Below, one piece after another: positions 40,058 through 50,453 of a stretch of DNA of 64,000 bases (its first letter is position 1; every line of letters begins with the position of its first letter). The stretch covers positions 124,001 to 188,000 of IMG/VR virus record IMGVR_UViG_3300031933_000215; one strand, 5' to 3'. Under the pieces are notes generated by a model. That model worked only from the letters and a program-made list of their open reading frames with translations. It was not told the DNA's origin and did not search any database. Both the position numbers and the translations under genes were made by a program.

Positions 40058-40741
40058 TCAGTCCTTACCGGAGCTTCCAAAGCCCTTATCGCCACGTTCG
40101 GTGACGGTATCGAACTCGTCCACCCATTGTGGATTCACCGGGTAGCATTTGGTGACCACATACTGCGCCACCCGCTCACCCGGTTGGATTTCCATGACCC
40201 GGTGAGTTTCGGTTTCATGACGATTCCACAACGCCAGTTTCAGCTCACCTTGGTAGTCGGAGTCAATAACCCCAACCAAGTTACCCAACACCACGCCTTT
40301 ACACCCCAAGCCACTGCGCGGTAGGATCAGACCCACAAAGTTAGGATGACCCAGATGCATGGCAACCCCGCTGTGAACCGTTGCCATTTCACCGGGTTGG
40401 AGGATCAGTGGTTCTTTACCGACGTAACGCAGGTCGTACGCTGCGCTCCCCGACGTGGCGTGACCCGACTCTTTGTACCGCCACTTGATCTGAGCGGCGA
40501 GTGTCTCGTCCATACCTTCAAAGGCTTCTTCAACGAAACGGGCTTTTGGGGTGACACACTCCACGTTGATAATTTGGGAATACGGGTTTCCCTCCACCAA
40601 GTGTTCGGCGGGGGTGTCCAACACGGAAGTCAGACCGGAGGGACGGGGCTTGCGTTTCAGGGTCACCGAGTTTTCATCCTGGTGGACTGTGGTGACTGTC
40701 ACGGCGTCTTTTTCAGTGAATTCATCGTTGTCTTTGGACAT
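40058..40741 (-). CDS. dut: Trimeric dUTPase
   Basis: AT.GSAAYDL, ILPRSGLG, GVIDSDYQGE, GERVAQ, RG.KGFGSSG motifs I-V. Confidence 0.95.
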   Translation of the reverse strand: MSKDNDEFTEKDAVTVTTVHQDENSVTLKRKPRPSGLTSVLDTPAEHLVEGNPYSQIINVECVTPKARFVEEAFEGMDETLAAQIKWRYKESGHATSGSAAYDLRYVGKEPLILQPGEMATVHSGVAMHLGHPNFVGLILPRSGLGCKGVVLGNLVGVIDSDYQGELKLALWNRHETETHRVMEIQPGERVAQYVVTKCYPVNPQWVDEFDTVTERGDKGFGSSGKD

Positions 40742-40752
40742 GGTTCGATTCC

Positions 40753-43242
40753 TCAGGCTATGGTTACGTGTTGGTTGTAGGTTTGTGGGACGGTGATGTT
40801 GTTGGGGTCCAAGACACAGATCTCGGCTTGGTTGAACGCCCCGTGTACGGATGAGAAGTGGGAGATGTAGAAGATCTGGTTGACCTGACCCAACTCCATC
40901 ATGCGGTTCAAGAACGGAATCAGGTTCTGACGGTGTTGCTCGTCAAAGGTACTGCCAAACTCATCCAGGTACAACGGGTAGTGGGAGATGTTCAAGAACT
41001 TCATCACCAGCAGTTTGAACGCGAAGTTCACGATGTCCCGTTGGGAACTGGAACCCAAAGCGATGTCTGGGGCCGTGACCGACCCGTTGTTAACGTCCAG
41101 TGGGAACTTGTACGTCAGTTCGTCTTTTTCCATCGGGGACGGCATGACTTTCATTGGGTACGTCCAAATCTCATCACTGACGCTGTTGATGAGTTTCACC
41201 ACCACCTGCATGAACCCCATTAAGTAACGACCAATCAACCCGTCGGTGGGGCCGAGGGCCTTCACCAAGGCCTGATACTCTTTTTGGGCCGTGACGCTCT
41301 GGTCGTGTTGGGTTTGTATCTCACGCAGCACCCCTTCACGGACTTCCATCCGCGATAGCGACTCTTGTTCCTGAGCCAGCTGTATTTGCAAGTGACGGGT
41401 CTCTTCGGAAATGGCGTCCTGATACAGCGACTCCCGGTGCGTGTCCATGTCTTTAAAGAACGCTTCCAAATCCGCAATGGTGCTTTCCATGGCTTCTTTG
41501 AACCGAACCCGGTTGCGTTTGTGCGCGTCCAGTTCTTGAATTTCACGACCCAGTGTGCGTAACCGTTGGGTGGTGTTCTCGATCTCCTGTTCCAGTTGCT
41601 TACGGTGACGGTCGGTGCGGGTCAAAGCGTCCCGATCAATGGCATCCACGTAACGCAAGCGGTGTTCGATCACCTCCACTTCTTGTTTGAGTTCGTTGAG
41701 TTTGTTCAGGTTCTGCATGGCGTTGTTCCAGGACAACGCGTCGTTGAGATAATCCTTGGGCTGGCGGAACATGATTTTGTGCTCAACACACACGTCCCAA
41801 ACCGGCGCAAACCGTTGGTTTTCATTCACCAACTTCCGGAACGCCCGAACGTACGTCATGTACTCCTCGAACTTCTCTAGGTACTCCTTGAGGTGTTCCA
41901 TCTCCTTTTCAATCGCCGCAATGCGGGGACCACGTTCATCAATGGCTTGTTGGATGGCTTTGACTTCGGTTGGGTTCACCCCCGGTTGGAAGTCGTGTTC
42001 ACAGTTCGGGCAATGAACCGTCTCACACCCTTTGAGTCGTGACAACCGCCGCGCATCAGTGTTCTGATCGTTGTCCAAGGCCAGATGGGTTTTCTCCAAG
42101 TGCCGGTACCGCTCGTGGGCCTCTTTACCTTTCGCACTACTGAAACGCTCGTCGGCGTTGTTCGGGATAGTCTGAATCAAGTTGACCCATTCGTCGAATA
42201 CTTGTGCCAACGTCTCATGCGGACGACGGTCTTGGGGAATGTCCACCAGCGGGAAGATGCCTTGATAGTGATCCACGGCTTGTTTGGGTTCGAGCATCTG
42301 TTGGCTCAGTGACTTGACCTGTTGGCGCAGATCGTTGATTTGGGTCTCACTGAGTTCCGTGTCACGACTGGGAGCTTGTTCGTTGAGCTTCTGAAACTCC
42401 TCGGTCATGCGTTCCAACAACGTTTGCTGGCGACGGTACTCCTCGTTCTGTTCCGCACAGTACGCCTCAAACGCCGTTTCGTCTTCCAGTCCCGGAATGG
42501 CGTCCGGCAGCTGATAACGCAGTAGTTTCTCTGCCCGATCTGTCAGTGTCTTCAGATGATCACCCACCTCCCGTTCGTCCCGGTAATTCGATTGCACTCC
42601 GGCCTTGCGCTCTTCAAACAGCCGATCGAGTTTGGCGGTGAGTTCTTTGATGCGGGTTCGGTGATGACTCAAAACGTTGTCATCCGGTAGATCGTGATTC
42701 TCCTGACCCATACGCTTGGTCAGATGCTTCACCACGCCCTGCTGGTCTCGATGGGCCGTCTTGGCTTTATGGAACACGTTAAAGGCAAACCCCAAATCCA
42801 CCGGCGCCAGACGGGTGAGCCACTCCCGACGTTTGGCCGTGCTCAGGGAGGTAAACGGGGTGATGCCCACCAAGAGGTTATGGATCTCTCGGTTAAGACC
42901 GAACTCGTCCCACACCAGCTCCTTCTGAACCGCAAAGGTGTTGCCCTTGTTCAACTCCTCACCGTTCTTGACGAAGGAGTGATGGCCCGACCCGCCAGTG
43001 TACTCAGACACCAGTTCGTAATTGTCGTTCAAGTTACGCAGTCGCACTTCTTTACGACCACCTTTCGCAAACCCACTGTGGTGTGCAGGGAGCGGGGTAA
43101 GTTCTTCCAGGACCGACGACTTGCCCGAACCGTTACTGCCGATCAACAACTGCAGGTCCTGTTTCGGTCGGAACTCAAAACGTTGAATGTTCGACAACAT
43201 CAAACGCTTGTACTTTTCCAACAGCAAATAAGTAATGCGCAT
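40753..43242 (-). CDS. sbcC: SbcC/Rad50-like SMC ATPase
   Basis: Walker A GSNGSGKS, coiled coils, CPNC zinc hook, signature GSSSQ, Walker B LYLDEFG, ISH. Confidence 0.9.
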   Translation of the reverse strand: MRITYLLLEKYKRLMLSNIQRFEFRPKQDLQLLIGSNGSGKSSVLEELTPLPAHHSGFAKGGRKEVRLRNLNDNYELVSEYTGGSGHHSFVKNGEELNKGNTFAVQKELVWDEFGLNREIHNLLVGITPFTSLSTAKRREWLTRLAPVDLGFAFNVFHKAKTAHRDQQGVVKHLTKRMGQENHDLPDDNVLSHHRTRIKELTAKLDRLFEERKAGVQSNYRDEREVGDHLKTLTDRAEKLLRYQLPDAIPGLEDETAFEAYCAEQNEEYRRQQTLLERMTEEFQKLNEQAPSRDTELSETQINDLRQQVKSLSQQMLEPKQAVDHYQGIFPLVDIPQDRRPHETLAQVFDEWVNLIQTIPNNADERFSSAKGKEAHERYRHLEKTHLALDNDQNTDARRLSRLKGCETVHCPNCEHDFQPGVNPTEVKAIQQAIDERGPRIAAIEKEMEHLKEYLEKFEEYMTYVRAFRKLVNENQRFAPVWDVCVEHKIMFRQPKDYLNDALSWNNAMQNLNKLNELKQEVEVIEHRLRYVDAIDRDALTRTDRHRKQLEQEIENTTQRLRTLGREIQELDAHKRNRVRFKEAMESTIADLEAFFKDMDTHRESLYQDAISEETRHLQIQLAQEQESLSRMEVREGVLREIQTQHDQSVTAQKEYQALVKALGPTDGLIGRYLMGFMQVVVKLINSVSDEIWTYPMKVMPSPMEKDELTYKFPLDVNNGSVTAPDIALGSSSQRDIVNFAFKLLVMKFLNISHYPLYLDEFGSTFDEQHRQNLIPFLNRMMELGQVNQIFYISHFSSVHGAFNQAEICVLDPNNITVPQTYNQHVTIA

Positions 43243-43316
43243 GTCGTTACTTTCTCTATTTTGGCGGTTAATCTCTATAGGAAAAGACCCCACAGTAGAA
43301 GTTCAGGAGACCTCTA

Positions 43317-44375
43317 ATGCAAATGAGTCAATTACGCCCGTACAGTATCGGCGTGGCTTCGGAAAACAAACCGCTCGACACACGTCACTTGAATGTGACG
43401 CCCATTGAAATGTTGTCGGCCTTGGATGGGGAAATCAAGTTTGACCCTCAGGACGAGGTGGTTCGGGGTGTGGACAGTCGTGGGAACGAATACGAAATCA
43501 AGGTAACGATGGACAACTCCATCACTGCTGAATGGTACCCCGGGGCGTCCAATCGTGTCACACCGCCTGACATTCGCCGTGGCGAGCTGATCGAGATCTT
43601 TCGACTCGCTGATACGGATAAGTTTTATTGGCGTTGTATGGGCCTCAGAGACGATCTGAGGCGATTGGAAACCGTGATCTGGGCCTTCAATGGCACACCA
43701 AACGAAGGCGACAAAGGGATCAGTTACGAGACCTCCTATTTCTTTGAGGTGTCCACCCATAAGAAACTGATCACCATGAGCACATCCCAAGCCAATGGGG
43801 AACCGTTCCGTTACACCTTCCAGTTCAATACCGGGGAAGGCAATGTCCTATTGACCGACGACGTTGGTAACCATGTACTGTTGGATAGTGCTAACACCAA
43901 CATCCACCTAGAAAACATCGAAGGCACCATGGTGGAGTTGAACAAACAGGACATCAACTTTTACGCCCCCAACGACCTGAACGGCCTGGTTGACAACAAC
44001 GTCAATCTGAAGGTCGGGAACAACATGAACATTGACGTGGTCAAAGACATTAGCATCAAGGCGGGTAAAAACTACACGCTCACCGCTGGGGTGGACATCA
44101 CGACGAACGCTGGAAAGAACAGCACCCACAACGCTGGTATGAACTACAGTGTGACCGCCCAACAGATGGTGAACGTCCTGGCCATGAAAACCGCAACGGT
44201 CACGGGCAATGTCAGTGCGTCCTTAGTCAGTGGTGGGAATGGTCTAAACGTAACCCCCGCAGGGATCACCATGACAGGTGGCACATCAACCATGGGTATG
44301 ACACCGGCGGGCGTTCAGTTTGAGTCTCCGGCCATGAACATGAAGGTCGGTTCATTCGATGTAAAACAGGGGTAA
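43317..44375 (+). CDS. Baseplate central spike protein
   Basis: NRVTPPDIRRGE N-terminal module; C-terminal 8-residue beta-helix repeats (VGNN/AGKN/AGVD/AGMN); followed by PAAR gene. Confidence 0.75.
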   Translation: MQMSQLRPYSIGVASENKPLDTRHLNVTPIEMLSALDGEIKFDPQDEVVRGVDSRGNEYEIKVTMDNSITAEWYPGASNRVTPPDIRRGELIEIFRLADTDKFYWRCMGLRDDLRRLETVIWAFNGTPNEGDKGISYETSYFFEVSTHKKLITMSTSQANGEPFRYTFQFNTGEGNVLLTDDVGNHVLLDSANTNIHLENIEGTMVELNKQDINFYAPNDLNGLVDNNVNLKVGNNMNIDVVKDISIKAGKNYTLTAGVDITTNAGKNSTHNAGMNYSVTAQQMVNVLAMKTATVTGNVSASLVSGGNGLNVTPAGITMTGGTSTMGMTPAGVQFESPAMNMKVGSFDVKQG

Positions 44376-44379
44376 CGCA

Positions 44380-44643
44380 ATGCCAGGTATCAGTTTAGTG
44401 GGTGTCGACGCCGCTGGCGGAACTATTAACGGTGGTGGTCAAAGTGTCATGACAGTAGACGGTGCACCCGTAGCAGTCGTGGGTGACGCGGTGGCCGGTC
44501 ACGGTAAGTCCCCACACGCGGCGCCATCAATGACAGCGGGTTCCAGCATCATGCGCATCAACGGAATTCCTGTGTGTCGGGCAGGGGATTCGGCCAGCTG
44601 CGGACACGCCGCCAGTGGGCAATCGTGGTTCAATGTGGATTAA
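44380..44643 (+). CDS. PAAR-like spike tip protein
   Basis: DGAPVAVVGD, INGIPVCRAGD.ASCGH and metal-binding His residues. Confidence 0.85.
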   Translation: MPGISLVGVDAAGGTINGGGQSVMTVDGAPVAVVGDAVAGHGKSPHAAPSMTAGSSIMRINGIPVCRAGDSASCGHAASGQSWFNVD

Positions 44644-44644
44644 G

Positions 44645-44678
44645 GACATAAAGGCGCCCCGAAGGGCGCCAATATGTC
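44645..44678. terminator. Probable terminator between convergent genes
   Basis: GGCGCCC-CGAA-GGGCGCC stem flanked by GACATA...TATGTC. Confidence 0.65.
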
Positions 44679-44698
44679 GTCATTTAAGGTAGAACCGA

Positions 44699-46999
44699 TT
44701 AGGCGGTTTCACCTTTTTCTTTTTCTTTTTCTTCTTTTACTGCATGCTGTTTGTGGGTTTTGATGAAATACTCCAAAGTTGAAGCGTACGCTTTTGCTGT
44801 GGAAGCAACGTAAGCATGGAAATCACCTGTCGGTTTGACGAAGTTTCGGACGAGTTCGTTGAGGGTACGAACCGGAAGGTTGGTTCCGGCGCCGACCAAC
44901 AGCTCGCCAATAGAAGACGGACTCTTGCCGTTATTTTCATCCCTGACGATCTTGAACGTAACGTCGACCTTATCCGAAGACATCTTTCTACGGATCTGCT
45001 CGTACTTGTCTTGAGCGTTTTTCGAGTCCTCAAGAACCTTGACAAGAGTTTCCATGGATTTAAGCATACCCTTGATTTCATCCATGGATGGCAGGTCAAC
45101 CGCGTCCATTTCCGGATTTGTACCTGTATTTACAGGCACGAAATCGAAGTATGAGAACTTACTCAACGACGGGTTATTATTCCCCTTCACGAACGATTCG
45201 ATACGCGTCTGGGGTTGTACCCACAAGACCAGCGCACGATCCCCTGGAAGGAGTGAGGAGCGTTTGATGCCCTCATAGCCCTTAACATGGTCGGGCAGAT
45301 CCGATGCCTTTACATCCGTAGACCCAGGCAGTGGTTTAATGTGTTTCTGCGGGAGCATGAACAGTTCCCGAGCCGTCAGGTCCATAGTGGCTTTCAGGTC
45401 CTTTGACTTTGAGAAGTCGGTCGACATGATGTCGATGCCTTCTTTTATCATGCTCTCGTATTGGCGTGGGTATTGATTGAACATGTAATTAGACACGTCA
45501 ATCATTGCCTTAATGGTCTCTGGTTTTGTGGGTCCGAATACCCCGGAAACCATCAAACGTTTACCGCCTTTAACATTTACCTTCTTACTGCCAGCTCCGG
45601 ACTCAATGGACTCAACTTCTTTCTTAAGCTGATCCAGTTTCTTCTTGGTACCGGCGACGTCATCGTTGAATTTACCCCAAATGTGCCGGAGTAGTTCAAA
45701 CAGTTTTTCCATCGCCTTCTTGCCGGCAGCGATGGTGGCTTTGAAGCCCGACTGGACGCTTTCCAGAGACACCTGGGTTGCGTACTGACGCGAGCTGGTC
45801 TGACCGAACGCTTCATTGGAGGGAATCAGCTGATCGCCACTGAACGACTCGTCCATATGCTCAAGACCAATGCGGATGGACTCGGCGGTAATGGAATCAA
45901 TACCATCGCCACGTTCCAGAGCTTTGGTGAGAAGTGAATGGTAGGCTTCCAGAGACTCGCTCACTTTATCAAAATGGGCACCGTCTTGAGCGACCTGGTT
46001 CATGTCCTCGACCATCTTCTCTTCCGGTGAGGTAATGCCCACATCCAGGGACTCGTCTTCTTCAGCACTGACGGAAACATCGCCTTCGCCTTCACCGCTG
46101 GCTTCTTCGGTGCCCTTGGTGTCGGCCGATACCTCTTCTTCCGGCTTGGGAACGTCCTGTTGTGGACCTTCTTTCACTTCGCCAGTAGTTTCGGCTTCGC
46201 CGGATTCGGTTTCTTCAGACACAGTCACCGGCTGGTGTTCAACATCGCCGTTTACTTCGGCGTCGCCAGCGGTTTCTTCTTCCGGATCACCGGCTTCGGA
46301 TTCCACGTCGTCAGCTTCAGAGACCGATTCTTCTTCGGCTTGGGCTTCAGCTTCCGCAGGAGCTTCTTCAGCGGGTCCTTCTTCGACCACGGGTGTTTTC
46401 CCAGCTTCTTCCTCTTCCCCACCTTCTTCGGCGTCAGAGGCCGGCTCTTCACCAGACTGCTCGTCCACTTCTTCTTTTACAGCTTCGGCATCGTCGGCAT
46501 CGGCTTCAGCAGACTCTTCCTCGGCATCGTCGGAAGAGGTTTCTTCTTCCTGCTCGCCATCGTCGGAAGCTTCTTCCTCGCCAGCTTCCTCTTCTTCCTC
46601 ACCGGCTTCGGATTCTTCGCCGTCTTCTTCGGCTTCTTCCTCGTCCTTTTCTTCAGACTCTTCGTCTTTCTCTTCGGAGTCGTCGTCGGAGGACTCTTCC
46701 TCTTCCTCACGCTCCTCTTCTTCGTCCTTTTCCTCTTCCTCCTCTTCTTCCTTGCTGTCCTCGGAGGAAACGGTCACTTTTTGGTGACCTTGGTCTCTGG
46801 TCGTGTGTTTCGGAGCGTCGTCGGACGCCGCGTCGAGCTCCGCTACCGCCGGCTTGGCTGTATCCGCATCACCGCTCTGTTCATTGCTGGCGTCAGAGAA
46901 ATCGTCTTTCGGGGTTTCACCGTCCTGAACAACAACCTTCTGGTCTTCGTTGTTGTCTTCGTTACTGGACGTCAGCCATTGCTTGATAAATCGAGACAT
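44699..46999 (-). CDS. Internal head protein with very long acidic propeptide
   Basis: About 330 Glu/Asp-rich N-terminal residues; S-x-E sites (SNE, SSE, SEE, SAE, SLE); SLEAY..LL..AL..G.G and PSNEAFG...VSLE motifs of phiKZ-type inner-head proteins. Confidence 0.7.
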   Translation of the reverse strand: MSRFIKQWLTSSNEDNNEDQKVVVQDGETPKDDFSDASNEQSGDADTAKPAVAELDAASDDAPKHTTRDQGHQKVTVSSEDSKEEEEEEEKDEEEEREEEEESSDDDSEEKDEESEEKDEEEAEEDGEESEAGEEEEEAGEEEASDDGEQEEETSSDDAEEESAEADADDAEAVKEEVDEQSGEEPASDAEEGGEEEEAGKTPVVEEGPAEEAPAEAEAQAEEESVSEADDVESEAGDPEEETAGDAEVNGDVEHQPVTVSEETESGEAETTGEVKEGPQQDVPKPEEEVSADTKGTEEASGEGEGDVSVSAEEDESLDVGITSPEEKMVEDMNQVAQDGAHFDKVSESLEAYHSLLTKALERGDGIDSITAESIRIGLEHMDESFSGDQLIPSNEAFGQTSSRQYATQVSLESVQSGFKATIAAGKKAMEKLFELLRHIWGKFNDDVAGTKKKLDQLKKEVESIESGAGSKKVNVKGGKRLMVSGVFGPTKPETIKAMIDVSNYMFNQYPRQYESMIKEGIDIMSTDFSKSKDLKATMDLTARELFMLPQKHIKPLPGSTDVKASDLPDHVKGYEGIKRSSLLPGDRALVLWVQPQTRIESFVKGNNNPSLSKFSYFDFVPVNTGTNPEMDAVDLPSMDEIKGMLKSMETLVKVLEDSKNAQDKYEQIRRKMSSDKVDVTFKIVRDENNGKSPSSIGELLVGAGTNLPVRTLNELVRNFVKPTGDFHAYVASTAKAYASTLEYFIKTHKQHAVKEEKEKEKGETA

Positions 47000-47090
47000 T
47001 AGGATTACTCCTCGTTGCTACGTAACAAATAGAGCTGTATGCTCCAAAGGAAATGCCCGGCCGGGGGCATGTATGATTCCAAAGCATTGG

Positions 47091-47708
47091 TTACTCTGGG
47101 ATCAAATTATTGTCTTTTAGGATCTGCTCCATGATGGCCAAACGCTGTTCGAGTTGGGCGTTTTTCTCCGACAACTCCAACACACGGGCATGGGACGTGG
47201 TGCGGTTGCTGATGGCCGCCGCGCGCGCGGTCTCCAACACCTCGTGCTGTTCGGGTGAGATGGTCCCTTTCATGGGAGCAACACCCAACTCCACTTTTGG
47301 TTGCATGCCGATGGTGTCTGACACCACCGCACCGACTTGATCCTGCAAGAAGGTTAAGTCTATATAATCGGGTAGGGGACCCAAAGACGCACTGAGCACC
47401 ACATGGTGGTAATTACGATGCGAGAGATCGGGGATCGCTTCAATATAACTACTGGGCACGTAGATGGGGGCGCTGGTCTCCGACGTCAGTGTGACGATTG
47501 CCACCTTTTCCCGTCGGTCTTTCTCAAAGACGTTCCGGTCCACCCCCATGGGCTGGTAGTAGTCTTCATAGACATCGAACCCAAGGTTCTCAATGTCCAC
47601 GAAGTAGCGGATCGCCGCACACGTGTACAGCGTGTCGGGCGAAGCGTTCCATGGGGACTTCAGACTGTAACGCCCTTTCATCCCCAACGTTGGGATAATC
47701 GATGCCAT
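47091..47708 (-). CDS. Conserved phiKZ-like hypothetical protein
   Basis: G.Y.L..PW, YTC.AIR, IYVPSSYI, SLGPLP motifs; C-terminal coiled coil. Confidence 0.6.
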   Translation of the reverse strand: MASIIPTLGMKGRYSLKSPWNASPDTLYTCAAIRYFVDIENLGFDVYEDYYQPMGVDRNVFEKDRREKVAIVTLTSETSAPIYVPSSYIEAIPDLSHRNYHHVVLSASLGPLPDYIDLTFLQDQVGAVVSDTIGMQPKVELGVAPMKGTISPEQHEVLETARAAAISNRTTSHARVLELSEKNAQLEQRLAIMEQILKDNNLIPE

Positions 47709-47715
47709 GTTAACC

Positions 47716-48846
47716 TCATGTTCTTAGGACCTGACGGACAGTGCCGTTGTGGTCGCGATAAAAGACTTTTCGGGTCGTTGTACTGAAACACATCCGGCCC
47801 GGTTTTAGAATGTCGTCCAGATTACCGGCCACCACGGACCAACTCTGACCATCCCAATCGTGACGACTGCCATCACGCAAGTCGTAAACACTCAAGGCAT
47901 TGCCTGGGCGTTGATGCGCTTCCCAGATTGCGTTGTCCTGCGAGATCGCCACGTACCCATAAGGAGACGGACCTTTAAAGCGAGCCAAGGATGGATGGTC
48001 GTTCAAACTGAAGGTCAATGTGGCTTCCGGGACCAATCCAGGTACGTCGTAATTACTGGTCTCGATGGTGAACTGGTCACCATTGCGGGTGACGCGCAGT
48101 TGAATCCCGTTCGGTGCTTCCGCCCAGGGTTTTACTGCATATGGGGCCGTACCACCCAAACTCTCTTTCGTTGGGGCCGGTCCCGTGGCGGGAGTTCCGT
48201 CTACCCACAACAACCCTTCGTTCTGTTCGGCAATGACAATACCACCAATGGTGTTGTAGTCCACGGCAACCTGCATGGCCGAGTCCAAGCCGGAATAGTT
48301 GTCCCAAACCGAACGGAAAACAGTCAACGTGTGGGTGGTCCCATCTGGGTCACGGACGTAGCCGAGTAATAACCCCAACGGGTCGTTCTGCCACGTAGAG
48401 GTTGACTTCAAGGTGACGTCCAATACATAATCTTCATACGCGTCGGGCGATACAAACCCAACCATGGATTTGGTATCGACACTGTTCTTAATGACATCGT
48501 TGGTCGCGTCGTAAGTGAAGCCCGCCAGATCGCCAGGGATGGCGTTATCACTGAAACCCACCTCAGCTTTTGTCGGTGAATTGTTCTGCCAGTTACCCCG
48601 GGAGATTTTCTGCCAACTATTGAAAACGTATTCGTTGGATTGAAGGGTGGTTTTACTATACCCTAGATCTGTACTATTATTCACCACCGTGGTTTGCTTC
48701 ACCAACGGGTCGTTCAAAAAAGAGAACTGACCATCATGGTTATCAATAAACAGGGCATTGTTCACCGGACCCGATGCTCGGGCTAATACCGTTCGTATTT
48801 TACTGGTATAACCAAGCACTGAGTTCCGTAGAGTGGTCATGTCCAT
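47716..48846 (-). CDS. Putative virion protein with lectin-like beta-sandwich, paralog of 49262-50323
   Basis: Shared VFN.WQ, GF.S...Y..Y.L, G.THTL.V.RS, PNGI.L.VTR..D..TIETS, LA.F.GP..YGY. Confidence 0.6.
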   Translation of the reverse strand: MDMTTLRNSVLGYTSKIRTVLARASGPVNNALFIDNHDGQFSFLNDPLVKQTTVVNNSTDLGYSKTTLQSNEYVFNSWQKISRGNWQNNSPTKAEVGFSDNAIPGDLAGFTYDATNDVIKNSVDTKSMVGFVSPDAYEDYVLDVTLKSTSTWQNDPLGLLLGYVRDPDGTTHTLTVFRSVWDNYSGLDSAMQVAVDYNTIGGIVIAEQNEGLLWVDGTPATGPAPTKESLGGTAPYAVKPWAEAPNGIQLRVTRNGDQFTIETSNYDVPGLVPEATLTFSLNDHPSLARFKGPSPYGYVAISQDNAIWEAHQRPGNALSVYDLRDGSRHDWDGQSWSVVAGNLDDILKPGRMCFSTTTRKVFYRDHNGTVRQVLRT

Positions 48847-48861
48847 GTTGTTACCTTTGAG

Positions 48862-49254
48862 TTACATTGGGTTGGACCCGGTTGTGAGGTTCACCCGACT
48901 CAGTCGTAAATAACTGTCGCAGTAATACATCTTACCGGTGGGGGTAGAATAGCACAACGTGTTGGCCCGAAGGAAAGTCTGATCACCGCCATAGGTCGAT
49001 ACCGACCATGTCCCTGCCGTGAGTACCCACAGCTCAGTTGTTCGCATGTCGATGAACTGCGTCTGTGTTTGGCGGAGGGTGTTGATATCGGAGTCAGTCT
49101 CAGCGACCGCCAACGAACTGACCGGATAGGCTTCGGTCATAATCAAACCACTGCTACCACCTACCGCGTGAACCAAACTACCATTGGCCGGAAGCGATAG
49201 GAAACGACCCACCACCAGATCCAGCCATCGTCGAACCGATTGTTTTAATGACAT
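48862..49254 (-). CDS. Short paralog of flanking genes
   Basis: IDMRT..LW....TWS and YSTPTGKMYY match the C-termini of both neighbours. Confidence 0.55.
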   Translation of the reverse strand: MSLKQSVRRWLDLVVGRFLSLPANGSLVHAVGGSSGLIMTEAYPVSSLAVAETDSDINTLRQTQTQFIDMRTTELWVLTAGTWSVSTYGGDQTFLRANTLCYSTPTGKMYYCDSYLRLSRVNLTTGSNPM

Positions 49255-49261
49255 GTTCGCC

Positions 49262-50323
49262 TCACAGTCTTAGGATGTTGTTAGCTGGGTCAACGTAAAA
49301 GTATTTCCCAGTGGTGGGGTTATGATGCATCCAGTTAGGAATCAACTTACCGGTGGTGACCAGATCGGCAACCGTTGTGGACTTAGGCTGCCATGACCCG
49401 TCTACGTAATCGTACTGAGTCATGGTCCTGAGATCCAAGATCGACATGCGGTCCCCGGCGCGTTGCAATACATCCCACGTACTACCGGCCTGCGATTGGC
49501 ATGCGTACCCGTACCGCTGGGGCCCACGGAAAACCGCCAATTCAGGGTCGGAGGTAAGATCAATGACTGTTTTTGCTGGCTCATAATAAACCGTCGAGTT
49601 GATCTGGCTGGTTTCGATGGTAATGATGTCGTCTTCGCGAGTGACTTTCAATCGGATACCGTTAGGCCAATTACCCCACCCGTAAGCGCCTGAGTTTTGG
49701 TTGCCTGCAAACGACCCGGTCGCAGTACTACCATCGGGCCACTTCAATCCACTGAATACATTACGGATTACTAGGTTATCAATCCCCCGGTCTTTTAAAA
49801 TCCCCATAGGGGCTGCACCCATCAACGAACGCATGACATCCAAGGTATGGGTTCGGCCATTCACGTCCGTTGCGTGCGCTATGACCAACCCGATGTAATC
49901 GTCATCGTTGTTCGATGAACGCAGGATGGTTTCCAACGTGTAGTTGTTGTACCGTTGATTGGAGATAAACCCAATGAAACTTACTGAGTTTACCGTACTC
50001 CGAATTCGGTCATTGTCGGCGTCATACGACCATGAAGTCAATTCGCTGGGGTACGCCTCATCGTCGTATGGGTTATTAGGGTTCTCATCCCCTTTTCGGG
50101 CGAACCGTTGCCATTGATTAAACACCACGTCAAATGATTCTTTTTGCTCCTGCTGTAGGGCCAATTCCTCATCGGTTTCAATGATGCCCAGTTGATTAAC
50201 CACCGGTCTCGGTTTGAACACACCGTCCTTCATGGCCAATACCTGGTTCTTGGTATTTACTGGCAAGGTGGTTCGTTGGTTGAACGCGGTGGCAAACCGT
50301 TTTAACGCGGCAACCACGGTCAT
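49262..50323 (-). CDS. Putative virion protein with lectin-like beta-sandwich
   Basis: Paralog of 47716-48846; contains NNDDDYIGLV. Confidence 0.6.
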   Translation of the reverse strand: MTVVAALKRFATAFNQRTTLPVNTKNQVLAMKDGVFKPRPVVNQLGIIETDEELALQQEQKESFDVVFNQWQRFARKGDENPNNPYDDEAYPSELTSWSYDADNDRIRSTVNSVSFIGFISNQRYNNYTLETILRSSNNDDDYIGLVIAHATDVNGRTHTLDVMRSLMGAAPMGILKDRGIDNLVIRNVFSGLKWPDGSTATGSFAGNQNSGAYGWGNWPNGIRLKVTREDDIITIETSQINSTVYYEPAKTVIDLTSDPELAVFRGPQRYGYACQSQAGSTWDVLQRAGDRMSILDLRTMTQYDYVDGSWQPKSTTVADLVTTGKLIPNWMHHNPTTGKYFYVDPANNILRL

Positions 50324-50385
50324 GTTAATACCTCACTTGGTTTTCAAAAAAAAATAACAACTATCGCCGGCATGTTGTTTGAGAA

Positions 50386-50417
50386 TTATAAAGGGGGCTT
50401 TCGCTCCCCCTTTATAA
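50386..50417. terminator. Probable terminator
   Basis: TTATAAAGGGGG...CCCCCTTTATAA 12-bp stem downstream of 50454-51773. Confidence 0.65.
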
Positions 50418-50453
50418 TGTTATTTTGTCCAACAAAACCAACTACCAAACTCT

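Noticed and set aside
46002-47002. Ser-rich, Phe-rich and Arg/Leu-rich plus-strand ORFs
   Set aside because: Reverse-complement artefacts of the poly-Glu coding region
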